NCBI RefSeq assembly: GCF_000006765.1 | Contig: NC_002516.2 | Length of the DNA: 64,000 nt | Reading direction: 5' to 3' (one strand) | DNA from: Pseudomonas aeruginosa PAO1 | GTDB taxonomy: Bacteria; Pseudomonadota; Gammaproteobacteria; Pseudomonadales; Pseudomonadaceae | In this document: positions 1 to 9,913 of the stretch, one piece after another | Numbering within the stretch: position 1 is the stretch's first letter | Layout of the letters: the number at the start of each line of letters is the position of its first letter | Notes under the pieces: generated by a model | Seen by the model: only the letters and a program-made list of their open reading frames with translations | Databases searched by the model: none | Told to the model about the DNA's origin: nothing | Program-made: the position numbers and the translations under genes

Positions 1-2014
1 CCTGCAAGGTGAACTGGTACTGGGTGCGGGCGACCCGGTCCTCGATGGTCAGGTCCTGCACCGGCTGCATGTACAGCTTGATCCCGGGCAGGTGGTCGAG
101 TTCGGGCTGCAGGCGCTGGATCACTTCGCTGGCGGTGACGTCGCGCTCGCTGTGCGGCTTGAGGTTGATCAGCAGGCGGCCGGTGTTGAGGGTCGGGTTG
201 CTGCCGTCGACGCCGATGTAGGAGGACAGGCTGGCCACCGCCGGGTCCTTCAGCACCACCTCGGCAAGGGCGCGCTGGCGCTCGGACATGGCCTGGAAGG
301 AGATCGACTGCGGCGCTTCGGCGACGCCCTGGATCACCCCGGTGTCCTGCACCGGGAAGAAGCCCTTGGGCATGGCCAGGTAGAGTAGCGCGGTCAGCGC
401 CAGGGTGGCGATGGCCACCAGCAGGGTCAGCGGCTGGTGCCGCAGGACCACCCGCAGGGCCTTGGCGTACTGTGCGATCAGGCCATCGATGACCCGCCCC
501 GCGGCGCGCGCGAAGCGGCCCTGCTGGTCCTCGTCGATGTGGCGCAGCAGCTTGGCGCTGAGCATCGGCGTAAGGGTCAGGGAGACGAAGCCGGAAATCA
601 GGATCGCCACCGCCAGGGTGATGGCGAACTCGCGGAACAGCCGCCCGGCGACGTCGCCCATGAACAGCAGCGGGATCAGCACGGCGATCAGCGAGAAAGT
701 CAGCGAGATGATGGTGAAGCCGATCTGCTTCGAGCCCTTGAGCGCCGCTTCCAGCGGCGAGTCGCCCTGCTCCAGGTAGCGGGCGATGTTCTCCACCATG
801 ACGATCGCGTCGTCGACCACGAAGCCGGTGGCGATGGTCAGCGCCATCAGGGTCAGGTTGTTGATCGAGAAGCCGGACAGGTACATCACGCCGAAGGTAC
901 CGATCAGCGACAGCGGCACGGCGAAGCTGGGAATCAGGGTGGCGTAGACGTTGCGCAGGAACAGGAAGGTGACCATCACCACCAGCGCCACCGCCAGCGC
1001 CAGCTCGAACTGCACGTCCTTGACCGAGGCGCGGATGGTGGTGGTGCGGTCGGTCAGCACCTGCACGTCGAGATTGCCCGGCAGGGTCGATTGCAGCTGC
1101 GGCAGCAGCGCCTTGATCCGGTCGACCACCTCGATCACGTTGGCCCCCGGCTGGCGCTGGATGTTCAGCACCACCGCCGGCAGGTTGTTGGCCCAGGCGG
1201 CCAGGCGCACGTTCTCGGCGTCGTCCTCGACGCTGGCGACGTCGCGGATGCGCAGCGGCGAGCCGTTCTTGTAGGCGATGATCAGGTCGCGGTAGGCGTC
1301 GGCCGAGCGCAACTGGTCGTTGGCGTCCAGGGTCGAGGCACGGGTCGGGCCGTCGAAGCTGCCCTTGGGGCCGTTGAGGTTGTTGCTGGTCACCGTGCTG
1401 CGCAGGTCCTCCAGGCTCAGCCCCGCCGCCGCCAGCGCCGTCGGGTTGGCGCGCACCCGCACCGCCGGGCGCTGGCCGCCGCTGATGCTGACCAGGCCGA
1501 CCCCGGAGATCTGCGAGATCTTCTGTGCCAGGCGGGTATCCACCAGGTCCTGGATCTGCGGCAGCGGCATGCCGTCGGACATCACCGCCAGGGTCAGGAT
1601 CGGTGCGTCCGCCGGATTCACCTTGCTGAACACCGGCTGGTTCGGCAGGTCGTTGGGCAGCAGGCTCTGCGCGGCGTTGATCGCCGCCTGGACTTCCTGC
1701 TCGGCGACATCGAGGTTGCTCTGCAGGCTGAATTGCAGGGTGATCACCGAGGCGCCGCCGGAACTGCTGGAAGACATCTCGTTGAGCCCCGGAATCTGCC
1801 CGAGCTGGTTCTCCAGCGGCGCGGTGATCGACGAGGTCATGATCTCCGGGCTGGCGCCGGGGTACAGGGTGACCACCTGGATGGTCGGGTAGTCCACTTC
1901 CGGCAACGCCGAGATCGGCAGGAAGCGGTAGGCGATCAGGCCCGAGAGCAGGATCGCCACCATCAGCAGGGTGGTCGCGACCGGCCGCAGGATGAACGGG
2001 CGGGACGGGTTCAT
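1..2014 (-). CDS. muxB: RND efflux transporter permease (MdtB-like); 5' part only, runs off the left edge
   Basis: Manual translation from ATG at 2014: [25 protein letters not shown]... with RND TM4 motif [18 protein letters not shown] overlap with the muxA stop. Not in the ORF track because it is truncated. Confidence 0.9.
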   Translation of the reverse strand, partial: MNPSRPFILRPVATTLLMVAILLSGLIAYRFLPISALPEVDYPTIQVVTLYPGASPEIMTSSITAPLENQLGQIPGLNEMSSSSSGGASVITLQFSLQSNLDVAEQEVQAAINAAQSLLPNDLPNQPVFSKVNPADAPILTLAVMSDGMPLPQIQDLVDTRLAQKISQISGVGLVSISGGQRPAVRVRANPTALAAAGLSLEDLRSTVTSNNLNGPKGSFDGPTRASTLDANDQLRSADAYRDLIIAYKNGSPLRIRDVASVEDDAENVRLAAWANNLPAVVLNIQRQPGANVIEVVDRIKALLPQLQSTLPGNLDVQVLTDRTTTIRASVKDVQFELALAVALVVMVTFLFLRNVYATLIPSFAVPLSLIGTFGVMYLSGFSINNLTLMALTIATGFVVDDAIVMVENIARYLEQGDSPLEAALKGSKQIGFTIISLTFSLIAVLIPLLFMGDVAGRLFREFAITLAVAILISGFVSLTLTPMLSAKLLRHIDEDQQGRFARAAGRVIDGLIAQYAKALRVVLRHQPLTLLVAIATLALTALLYLAMPKGFFPVQDTGVIQGVAEAPQSISFQAMSERQRALAEVVLKDPAVASLSSYIGVDGSNPTLNTGRLLINLKPHSERDVTASEVIQRLQPELDHLPGIKLYMQPVQDLTIEDRVARTQYQFTLQ

Positions 2015-3291
2015 TCAGCGCTCCCGCTACCCACCGAGTCGCCCTGGAGGCCGCTGGGGCGGCCAGTCTGCGGTTTCTGCGGCTCGCCCTCGAGGACCTG
2101 CGGGGAGGCCTCGGCGACACGCACTTCCATACCGTCGCGCAGGCGGTCGGTGCCTTCCACCACCACCTGCTCGCCGGCCTTCAGGCCGCTTTCCACCACC
2201 ACCCGCTCGTTCTCGCTGGTGCCGATGGCGACGCTGCGCTGGCTGACCTTGTTGTCGGCGCCGACCACGTAGACATAGATACCGTTGGTGCCGCGCTGCA
2301 CGGCGTTGGCCGGAATGGTCAGCACGCCTTTGAGGGTCTGCGCCAGCAGGCGCACGTTGACGAACTGGTTGGGGAACAGCTTGCCGTCGGCGTTCTCGAA
2401 GCGCGCCTTGAGCTTGACCGTGCCGGTGGTGGTGTCGATCTGGTTGTCCAGGGTGGTCAGGGTGCCTTCGGCGAGAACCTTGTCCTGGTTGCGGTCCAGC
2501 GCGGTGACCGTCAGCTTGCCGGGGCCGTTCATCTGCTCGACGACGGTGCCGATCTGCTGCTGCGGCAGGCTGAACACCACCGAGATCGGCTTGACCTGGG
2601 TGATCACCACCAGCGGCGTGGTATCGCCGCTGGTGACCAGGTTGCCGATGTCCACCTGGCGCAGGCCGAGGCGCCCGGAAATCGGTGCGCGGACCTCGGT
2701 GAAGGTCAGGTTGAGGCGGGCGTCGTCGACCTGGCCCTGGTTGGTACGGATGGTGCCCTGCAACTGGCGGACCTGGGCTTCCTGGGTATCCAGGGTCTGC
2801 TTGGCTATCGAGTCCTCGGCATACAGCCCCTTGTAGCGCTGCAGGTCGATCTCGGCGTTCTTCAGTTGCGCCTGGTTCTGCATCAGCGTGCCCTCGGCCT
2901 GGGCCAGCGCCGCCTTGTAGGTGCGCGGGTCGACCACCGCCAGCAGGTCGCCGGCCTTGACCTCCTGCCCCTCCTGGAACAGCACCTTGACCAGCTCGCC
3001 GTTGACCCGCGGCTTGACGTTCACCGTGTTGAAGGCGGTGACGGTGCCAAGCGCGTTGAAATGCAGCGCCAGGTCGCCCTGCTCCACCCTGGCCACGCCG
3101 ACGGTGAGCGCGTTGGCCTTGGGCAGCGCGGCGCCCGGCTTGCCGCCGCGACCGGGTCGCCCGTCGGAGGACGGTGCCGAGGCGGGCGCCGCCAGCCACA
3201 TCACCAGGCCGATCACGGCGGCGAAGGCCAGGGCGGTGATCAGCCACGGGCGCAGGGTACGGAACTTGGATTTACCGGTCGTTGGAGTCAT
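2011..3291 (-). CDS. muxA: RND efflux membrane fusion protein (MdtA-like)
   Basis: 426 aa; N-terminal TM anchor, lipoyl/hairpin MFP motifs ([22 protein letters not shown]); directly upstream of the RND pump. Confidence 0.92.
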   Translation of the reverse strand: MTPTTGKSKFRTLRPWLITALAFAAVIGLVMWLAAPASAPSSDGRPGRGGKPGAALPKANALTVGVARVEQGDLALHFNALGTVTAFNTVNVKPRVNGELVKVLFQEGQEVKAGDLLAVVDPRTYKAALAQAEGTLMQNQAQLKNAEIDLQRYKGLYAEDSIAKQTLDTQEAQVRQLQGTIRTNQGQVDDARLNLTFTEVRAPISGRLGLRQVDIGNLVTSGDTTPLVVITQVKPISVVFSLPQQQIGTVVEQMNGPGKLTVTALDRNQDKVLAEGTLTTLDNQIDTTTGTVKLKARFENADGKLFPNQFVNVRLLAQTLKGVLTIPANAVQRGTNGIYVYVVGADNKVSQRSVAIGTSENERVVVESGLKAGEQVVVEGTDRLRDGMEVRVAEASPQVLEGEPQKPQTGRPSGLQGDSVGSGSAE

Positions 3292-3369
3292 GGTTCTTCT
3301 TCAGGCTTAGAACGGAGGCGCTTTTTCCAGGCTGCACGATAAGCATTGCAGGGGCCCAGGCAAAGCCTC

Positions 3370-3397
3370 TTTACCCGCTATTTACCCTTGCTTTACC
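3370..3397 (-). promoter_or_regulatory. Triple GTAAA-N6 direct repeat, candidate CpxR site upstream of muxA
   Basis: TTTACC at 3370, 3381 and 3392 (11-bp period); minus strand reads GTAAA-GCAAGG-GTAAA-TAGCGG-GTAAA. Confidence 0.55.
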
Positions 3398-3547
3398 GAT
3401 AGTTAGGCATTCCGCCCGCATGCTTCGGCGAGCCACCCGCAGCCTGGCACCAGGCTATGACAACAAACGGCTTGCTCCGTTACGGGCGAAGGCTTGAAAT
3501 AGAGCGTTCTGCATTCGCCCACTCCGCAATCGGCCAGGGACGCACAG

Positions 3548-4981
3548 ATGATCGACCCGTTGAAACACCGCTTCGCGGCGCTCCGCAGTCGCGCCGAATT
3601 CCACTCCTTGCGCTACGTCCAGCGTAGCGGCGAGTACCTCTCGGTGCGCCGCAACGTCAGCGAACCGCCGCACTTCAGCCAGGACCGCGGCGCCATGCTC
3701 TGCGTACGGCTGAACGGCGTGGAAGCCTACGCCGCCACCAACGATCTCTCCGCGGCCGGCCTGCAGGCCGCCCTGGAGCAGGCCGAACGGCAAGCCGAGC
3801 GGATCGCCCGGCACGCCCTGTTCGACGTCCGCGGATTGCCGCCGGCAAGCGGCCGCTCGCAGTATCGCTCGCCGAACCAGGACGCCCCTTTCCCCTCCCT
3901 CGCCGAGTGCTACGAACTGCTCGCCGAGGAGTCCGCCAAGGTGCCGCGCGACGAGCGCCTGGTGAACTGGAGCGTATTCCTCGAAGTCAGCCGCCAGGAA
4001 CAGCTCTACCTGAACAGCGCCGGCGCCGAGCAATACCACGAGCAGCGCTTCGTCTATCCTGGCGCCAGCGTCACCGCCTACGACGGCCATGACAGCCAGA
4101 CCCGCAGTTTCGGCGGCCACCATGCCGGCCAGCAGGGCGGCGCCGAAGTGATCGAGCGCCTCGGCCTGGTCGGCGCCGCGCCGCGCATCGCCGACCAGGC
4201 CCTGCAACTGCTGGCGGCGCCGAACACCCCGAGCGGCCGCTGCGACCTGCTGCTGATGCCGGACCAGATGATCCTGCAGATCCACGAGTCGATCGGCCAC
4301 CCGCTGGAGCTGGATCGCATCCTCGGCGACGAGCGCAACTACGCCGGTACCAGCTTCATCAAGACCGAGGACTTCGGTCGCTACCAGTACGGCTCCAGCC
4401 TGCTCAATGTCAGCTTCGACCCGGAAATCCCCGAGGAGCTGGCCAGCTACCGCCAGGACGACGACGGCAGCCCCGCGCGCAAGGAATACCTGATCCGCGA
4501 AGGCCGCCTGCTGCGTCCGCTCGGCGGCGCCCTGTCGCAACACCGCAGCGGCCTGGAGGGCGTCGCCAACAGCCGCGCCAGCAGTTGGAACCGCGCGCCC
4601 ATCGACCGCATGGCCAATCTCAACCTGGAGCCCGGCGACAAGAGCTTCGCGCAGCTGGTGGCCGGTATCGAGCGCGGGGTGCTGATGTCCTACAACCGCT
4701 CCTGGTCGATCGACGACGCACGCAACAAGTTCCAGTTCGGCTGCGAATGGGGCCAGTTGATCGAGGACGGCGAACTCAAGGGCGTGGTGAAGAACCCCAA
4801 CTACCGGGGCATCTCCGCGCAGTTCTGGCGCAACCTCAGCGCGGTGGGCGACGCCGGCACCTTCGAGGTGCTCGGCACGCCCTACTGCGGCAAGGGCGAG
4901 CCGAACCAGGTGATCCGTGTCGGCCACGCCTCGCCGGCCTGCGTATTCAGCGATGTGGACGTATTCGGGGGAGATACCTGA
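3548..4981 (+). CDS. tldD: TldD-family metalloprotease
   Basis: 477 aa; HESIGHPLELD zinc motif and C-terminal CGKGEP. Confidence 0.88.
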   Translation: MIDPLKHRFAALRSRAEFHSLRYVQRSGEYLSVRRNVSEPPHFSQDRGAMLCVRLNGVEAYAATNDLSAAGLQAALEQAERQAERIARHALFDVRGLPPASGRSQYRSPNQDAPFPSLAECYELLAEESAKVPRDERLVNWSVFLEVSRQEQLYLNSAGAEQYHEQRFVYPGASVTAYDGHDSQTRSFGGHHAGQQGGAEVIERLGLVGAAPRIADQALQLLAAPNTPSGRCDLLLMPDQMILQIHESIGHPLELDRILGDERNYAGTSFIKTEDFGRYQYGSSLLNVSFDPEIPEELASYRQDDDGSPARKEYLIREGRLLRPLGGALSQHRSGLEGVANSRASSWNRAPIDRMANLNLEPGDKSFAQLVAGIERGVLMSYNRSWSIDDARNKFQFGCEWGQLIEDGELKGVVKNPNYRGISAQFWRNLSAVGDAGTFEVLGTPYCGKGEPNQVIRVGHASPACVFSDVDVFGGDT

Positions 4982-6306
4982 TGCACCAGAGACAGCATTT
5001 CGAAGCCCTCGCCGAGGACCTGCGCCGGCATCTGGCCGAGGGCGAGGACTTCACCCTCTGGTACAGCGCCGAGGACTCCGAGTTCATCCGCTTCAACCGG
5101 GCACGGGTGCGCCAGGCCGGCCGGGTGCGCCAGGCCAGCGCGCTGCTCCGGCTGATTCGCGACGAACGCCAGGCGAGCCTCGACCTGACGCTCTCCGGCG
5201 CGCCGGAAGAAGACCGCCAGCGTCTGGCCGAAGGCCTTCGGCAACTGCGCCAGAGCCTGGCCTGGATTCCCGCCGATCCCTATCTGCTGCTCGACACCTC
5301 GGCCTGGCAGCGAGAGAACCAGGACCTCGGCGCAGCGCCCGACAGCGGCGCGCTGCTGGCCAGCCTCGAACGCCGGGCGCGCGACCTCGACCTGGTCGGC
5401 ATCTATGCCGCCGGACCGCTGTTCCGTGGCTTCGCCAACTCCTGGGGCGCCTTCGGCTGGCATGCCGGCAGCAGCTTCAACTTCGACTGGAGCCTGTTCC
5501 ATGGCAACGGCCAGGCGGTGAAGGCCGACTACGCCGGCCAGCGCTGGGACGACGAAGCCTTCGCCCGGCGCTTCGAACAGGCCCGGGAGCAGCTCGGCCA
5601 CCTGGGCAAGCCGCTGCGCCAGTTGCGCCCCGGCGACTATCGCGCCTACCTGGCGCCGGCGGCGCTCGAGGAAGTCATGCAGATGCTCTGCTGGGGCGGT
5701 TTCTCCGCGCGCGCCCTGGCTACCGGCGAAAGCCCCCTGCAACGCCTGCAGAACGGCGACGCCCTGCTCAGCCCGCTGCTGAACCTCGCCGAGCGCCCTG
5801 CCACCTCGCCCTCCCCGGCATTCAGCGCGGAAGGCTCGCCGCGCGCCGAGGTCGAACTGGTCGGCAACGGCCGCCTGAGCGGACGCCTGGTGAGTTCGCG
5901 CAGCGCCCGCGAATACGGCCTGGTAGCCAATGGCGCCGGCGCCAACGAGGCGCCCACGGCGCTGGACATGGCCGGCGGCAGCCTGGAGCAGGCGCGCATC
6001 CTCGAGGCCCTGGATACCGGCCTGTACATCGGCAACCTGTGGTACCTGAACTACTCGGACATGCCCGCCGCGCGCCTGACCGGAATGACCCGCTTCGCCA
6101 CCTTCTGGGTGGAGAACGGCCAGATCCGGGCACCGGTCAGCACCATGCGCTTCGACGACAGCCTGTACAGCTTCCTCGGCGCCCACCTGGAAGACCTCAG
6201 CCACGAGCGCGAACTGCGCCTGTCCAGCAATACCTACGGCGAACGCCAGACCGACTCGATGCACCTGCCGGGCGCGCTGACCGGGCGCTTCACCCTCACG
6301 CTCTGA
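4981..6306 (+). CDS. TldE/PmbA-family protease partner subunit
   Basis: Start MHQRQHFEAL at 4981, TGATG overlap with the tldD stop; IRFNRARVRQ and GMTRFATFWVENG family motifs; no HExxxH. Confidence 0.85.
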   Translation: MHQRQHFEALAEDLRRHLAEGEDFTLWYSAEDSEFIRFNRARVRQAGRVRQASALLRLIRDERQASLDLTLSGAPEEDRQRLAEGLRQLRQSLAWIPADPYLLLDTSAWQRENQDLGAAPDSGALLASLERRARDLDLVGIYAAGPLFRGFANSWGAFGWHAGSSFNFDWSLFHGNGQAVKADYAGQRWDDEAFARRFEQAREQLGHLGKPLRQLRPGDYRAYLAPAALEEVMQMLCWGGFSARALATGESPLQRLQNGDALLSPLLNLAERPATSPSPAFSAEGSPRAEVELVGNGRLSGRLVSSRSAREYGLVANGAGANEAPTALDMAGGSLEQARILEALDTGLYIGNLWYLNYSDMPAARLTGMTRFATFWVENGQIRAPVSTMRFDDSLYSFLGAHLEDLSHERELRLSSNTYGERQTDSMHLPGALTGRFTLTL

Positions 6307-6404
6307 GCCCGCGCGGCGCTCCCGGGCGGCGAGCCGCCGGGGGGCGCCTGGTGCGCAATCCGAAGAACGACCGCCGATATTCCGGCGCCATTATCACGCC
6401 ACCA

Positions 6405-6428
6405 TAAACGGACCGACTCCCTCCTCGT
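6405..6428 (+). promoter_or_regulatory. PvdS iron-starvation box
   Basis: TAAAC-N16-CGT (consensus TAAAT-N16-CGT), about 75 bp upstream of the aminotransferase start. Confidence 0.65.
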
Positions 6429-6502
6429 TATCCACTCTGGTGACACACGCCCGAGAGGAACCCACCGCACGCATATCCCATTCGGTACACGGAGGTGAAG
6501 CT

Positions 6503-7627
6503 ATGCCCGCTTTGAGTCGTCGTTCGTTCGTGACCCTGACCGCCCTGGCCTCCAGCAGCATCCTGCTGAGCCCGCGAGCCTTCGCCGGGAGCGGCGCGAC
6601 AAGCGCCGCCGGCAAGCCGCAAGAGACCTTCCTGGATTTCAACGAAAGCCCCTACGGCCCCTCCGCCAAGGCCAGGGCCGCCATGCAGCGGGCGGCCGCG
6701 CTCTGCGGTCGCTACGACTACGACGCGCAGGACGCCCTGGTCGGCCTGTTCGCCAAGCAGAACGGCATCCCCGCCGAATGCGTGCACGCCTACTGCGGCT
6801 CGCGCCAGCCGCTGCAATACGCCGTCGCGGCGTTCACCGGCAAGGAGCGCGGCCTGGTCATCGCCGATCCCTCCTACGACTCCGTGGTCGGCGCCGCCCA
6901 GGCCCAGGGGGCGAAGGTCGCTGCCGTGCCGCTGGACGCCGAGGCGGCCCACGACATCGAGCGCATGCTCGCCGCCGCGCAACGCGACGCCGGGCTGATC
7001 TATATCTGCAACCCGAACAACCCGACCGGCACCCTCACCCCGCACGAGCGGATCGTCAGGGCGATCGAACGCAAGCCCGAGCGCAGCGTGGTGCTGGTCG
7101 ACGAGGCGTATATCCATTTTTCCGACGCACCCAGCGTCGTTGGCCTGGCCGTCCAGCGCCAGGATGTGCTGGTCCTGCGTACCTTCTCGAAACTCTACGG
7201 GATGGCCGGCGCCCGGCTCGGCCTGGCCATCGGGCATCCGCAGCTGCTGGCGCGGCTGGAGCGCTTCGGCGGCCACAACGTGGTGCCCTCGCCGACCGCC
7301 CACGCCGGGCTGGAAAGCCTGCGTGACGACGACCTGGTGCCACGGCGCAAGCAGCAGAACGCAGAGGTCCGCGAGCGCACCATCGCCTGGCTGCGCCAGC
7401 AGGGCTTCCGCTGCACCGCCTCGCAGTCCAACTGTTTCATGGTGGATATGCGCCGTCCCGCCGAGCTGGTCATCGCCGAACTGGAGAAACAGCGGGTGCA
7501 CGTCGGCCGCCCGTGGGCCTCCTGGCCCAACTGGGTCCGCGTGACGGTAGGCAGCGAGGAAGAGATGCAGGCGTTCCGGAGCGCCTTCGCCAGCGTCAGC
7601 CGGCGCCACCAGGTCGCCATGCGCTAG
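6503..7627 (+). CDS. ptaA: Tat-exported PLP-dependent class I/II (HisC-like) aminotransferase; probable pyoverdine-tailoring periplasmic transaminase
   Basis: GGAGGT RBS at 6491; MPALSRRSFV twin-arginine signal; NPNNPTG, VDEAY and RTFSKLYGMAGARLG PLP motifs. Confidence 0.78.
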   Translation: MPALSRRSFVTLTALASSSILLSPRAFAGSGATSAAGKPQETFLDFNESPYGPSAKARAAMQRAAALCGRYDYDAQDALVGLFAKQNGIPAECVHAYCGSRQPLQYAVAAFTGKERGLVIADPSYDSVVGAAQAQGAKVAAVPLDAEAAHDIERMLAAAQRDAGLIYICNPNNPTGTLTPHERIVRAIERKPERSVVLVDEAYIHFSDAPSVVGLAVQRQDVLVLRTFSKLYGMAGARLGLAIGHPQLLARLERFGGHNVVPSPTAHAGLESLRDDDLVPRRKQQNAEVRERTIAWLRQQGFRCTASQSNCFMVDMRRPAELVIAELEKQRVHVGRPWASWPNWVRVTVGSEEEMQAFRSAFASVSRRHQVAMR

Positions 7628-7644
7628 CGCTGCGTCTCTGCGAC

Positions 7645-7681
7645 GCAGGGCGGATGACCGCGCTGCGATTATCCGCCCTGC
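7645..7681. repeat. Single REP-like palindrome between convergent genes
   Basis: GCAGGGCGGAT-gaccgcgctgcgatt-ATCCGCCCTGC; same core as the repeats at 11984 and 44643. Confidence 0.65.
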
Positions 7682-7776
7682 TCATGGCCCGAGGCGAGCA
7701 GCCAAGGGATTCGGGTTCGCCCGTTACCAGCCAGCCTGGCTGACGGTCATGGGACGAAGCGGGTTGGCCGTGGGGC

Positions 7777-8274
7777 TCAGAGAGCCGCCAGGGCCGCCGC
7801 GTAGTTCGGCTCGTCGGCGATTTCGCCGACCAGTTCGCTGTGCAGCACCTTGTTCTGCTCGTCGAGCACCACCACGGCGCGCGCGGCCAGGCCGGCCAGC
7901 GGGCCGCTGGCGATGGCCACGCCATAGTTCTCGAGGAACTCGCGACCGCGCAGGGTCGACAGGTTGACTACGTTCTCCAGGCCTTCGGCGCCGCAGAAGC
8001 GCTTCTGCGCGAACGGCAGGTCGGCGGAGATGCACAGCACCACGGTGTTGGCCAGCTTGCCGGCCTCGACGTTGAACTTGCGCACCGAGGTGGCGCAGGT
8101 CGGGGTGTCGACGCTGGGGAAGATGTTCAGCACCTTGCGCTTGCCGGCGAAGTTTTCCAGGGTCACGTCGGCGAGGTCGCCGCCGACCAGGCTGAAGGCC
8201 GGAGCCTGGGCGCCTTTCTGCGGGAGCTGGCCATCGACGTTGACCGGGTTGCCCTTGAGAGTCACTTGAGCCAT
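7777..8274 (-). CDS. tpx: Thiol peroxidase (atypical 2-Cys peroxiredoxin)
   Basis: [10 protein letters not shown] start; [22 protein letters not shown]; 165 aa. Confidence 0.93.
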   Translation of the reverse strand: MAQVTLKGNPVNVDGQLPQKGAQAPAFSLVGGDLADVTLENFAGKRKVLNIFPSVDTPTCATSVRKFNVEAGKLANTVVLCISADLPFAQKRFCGAEGLENVVNLSTLRGREFLENYGVAIASGPLAGLAARAVVVLDEQNKVLHSELVGEIADEPNYAAALAAL

Positions 8275-8408
8275 TGCGTTGATCCTTCTAGTCAGTGAGA
8301 AGCCGCCGGCCCTGTGGCCGGCGGCGGAAGCATTCGGGGCCGGCGACGATGCTAGCACGCTTTACCCGAGCGAAAACCTCGGGTTTGAGCATCGCCGTCC
8401 CCCGAGGC

Positions 8409-9758
8409 TCAACTCCTGGCCTTGGCGAAATACTCCCGGGTCAGGCGGAACACCACCGGACTCAGCAGCAGCAAGGCGATCAGGTTGGGAATCGCCATCA
8501 GCGCGTTGAGGGTATCCGCCACCAGCCAGGCGAAGTCCAGCTGGGTCATGGCGCCGAACGGAATCGCCAGGGTCCAGACGATCCGGAACGGCAGGATCGC
8601 CCGGGTGCCCGCCAGGTACTCCCAGCAGCGCTCGCCGTAGTAGCTCCAGCCGAGGATGGTGGTATAGGCGAACACCACCAGGGCCAGCGACAGGATGTAG
8701 TGGCCGACGCCCGGCATCGCCGCCTCGAACGCCGCCGAGGACAGCGCCGCGCCGCTGGCGCCGCTGGTCCAGACGCCCGAGGTGATGATCGCCAGGCCGG
8801 TCAGGCTGCAGATGATCAGGGTATCGATGAAGGTGCCGAGCATACCGATCAGGCCCGAACGCACCGCGCTATGGGTCGTGCCGGCGGCCTGGGCGATGCC
8901 GGCGGTGCCGAGGCCGGCCTCGTTGGAGAAGATCCCGCGTGCGACACCGAAACGGATTGCCGCCATCACCGCTGCGCCGGCGAAGCCGCCGGTGGCGGCG
9001 ATCGGCGTGAAGGCGTGGGTGAAGATCAGTTGGAACGCGCCGGGAATCGCCTCGGCATGGACCACCAGGACGATCACCGAGGCGACGATGTAGCCGACGC
9101 ACATGAAGGGCACCAGGGCTTCGGCGACCTTGCCGATACGGCGGATGCCACCAAGGATCACCAGCCCGGTGACGAGCATGGTGGCGACCCCGGTGACCCA
9201 GTCGGGCACGCCGAAGGAAACCTCCAGGGCATCGGCCATGCTGTTGACCTGGACCATGTTGCCGATACCGAAGCCGGCGAGCCCGCCGAACAGCGCGAAG
9301 GCCGCGCCGAGCCAGGCCCAGCGCTTGCCCAGACCGTTCTTGATGGCATACATCGGACCGCCGACGTGTTCGTTGCGCTCATCCTTCTCGCGGTAGTGCA
9401 CCGCCAGCACCACTTCGGAGAACTTGGTGGCCATTCCCACCAGCGCGGTGCACCACATCCAGAACAGCGCGCCCGGGCCGCCGAGGAAGATCGCCGTGGC
9501 CACCCCGGCGATGTTGCCGGTACCGACGGTGGCCGCCAGGCAGGTCATCAGCGCCTGGAACGGGCTGATCTCGCCGCTGCTCTCGTCATCCTTGCTACGC
9601 CCCTGCCAGAGCAGGCGAAAGCCGACTCCCAGGCGCACCAGGGGCATGAACTTCAACCCCAGCATCAGGTACAGGCCGGTGCCGAGAATCAGCACCAGCA
9701 TCAACGGCCCCCAGACCACGCCGTTCAGGTCGACCACCCACTTCTGCAAGCTTTCCAT
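8409..9758 (-). CDS. Alanine/glycine:cation symporter (AGCS family)
   Basis: 449 aa; GTGNIAGVA, GVARGIFSNEAGLG motifs; multiple TM segments. Confidence 0.92.
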   Translation of the reverse strand: MESLQKWVVDLNGVVWGPLMLVLILGTGLYLMLGLKFMPLVRLGVGFRLLWQGRSKDDESSGEISPFQALMTCLAATVGTGNIAGVATAIFLGGPGALFWMWCTALVGMATKFSEVVLAVHYREKDERNEHVGGPMYAIKNGLGKRWAWLGAAFALFGGLAGFGIGNMVQVNSMADALEVSFGVPDWVTGVATMLVTGLVILGGIRRIGKVAEALVPFMCVGYIVASVIVLVVHAEAIPGAFQLIFTHAFTPIAATGGFAGAAVMAAIRFGVARGIFSNEAGLGTAGIAQAAGTTHSAVRSGLIGMLGTFIDTLIICSLTGLAIITSGVWTSGASGAALSSAAFEAAMPGVGHYILSLALVVFAYTTILGWSYYGERCWEYLAGTRAILPFRIVWTLAIPFGAMTQLDFAWLVADTLNALMAIPNLIALLLLSPVVFRLTREYFAKARS

Positions 9759-9767
9759 CAGCGATCC

Positions 9768-9778
9768 TTATTCTTGTT
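9768..9778 (-). promoter_or_regulatory. Hfq/Crc catabolite-activity (AANAANAA) motif
   Basis: Minus strand AACAAGAATAA directly abutting the RBS of the AGCS symporter. Confidence 0.5.
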
Positions 9779-9913
9779 CGAATGAATGCGGCCTGGCGGC
9801 AGCGGGCATCCGGAACTCGGACGAACATCCCTGCTCGACAGGCCAAGGCTGCCGATCCTAACGAGGTTCTCTCGGCGAAATCGAGAAAAATCTTCGCCCG
9901 GAAAGCCTGCGTC

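Noticed and set aside
6315-6348. GC-rich hairpin after tldE as an intrinsic terminator
   Set aside because: No U-tract on either strand; it may only be a stabilising stem
9780-9910. Possible glycine riboswitch before the AGCS symporter
   Set aside because: No recognisable GGAGA/CCGAAG aptamer elements; the region is too short for the tandem form
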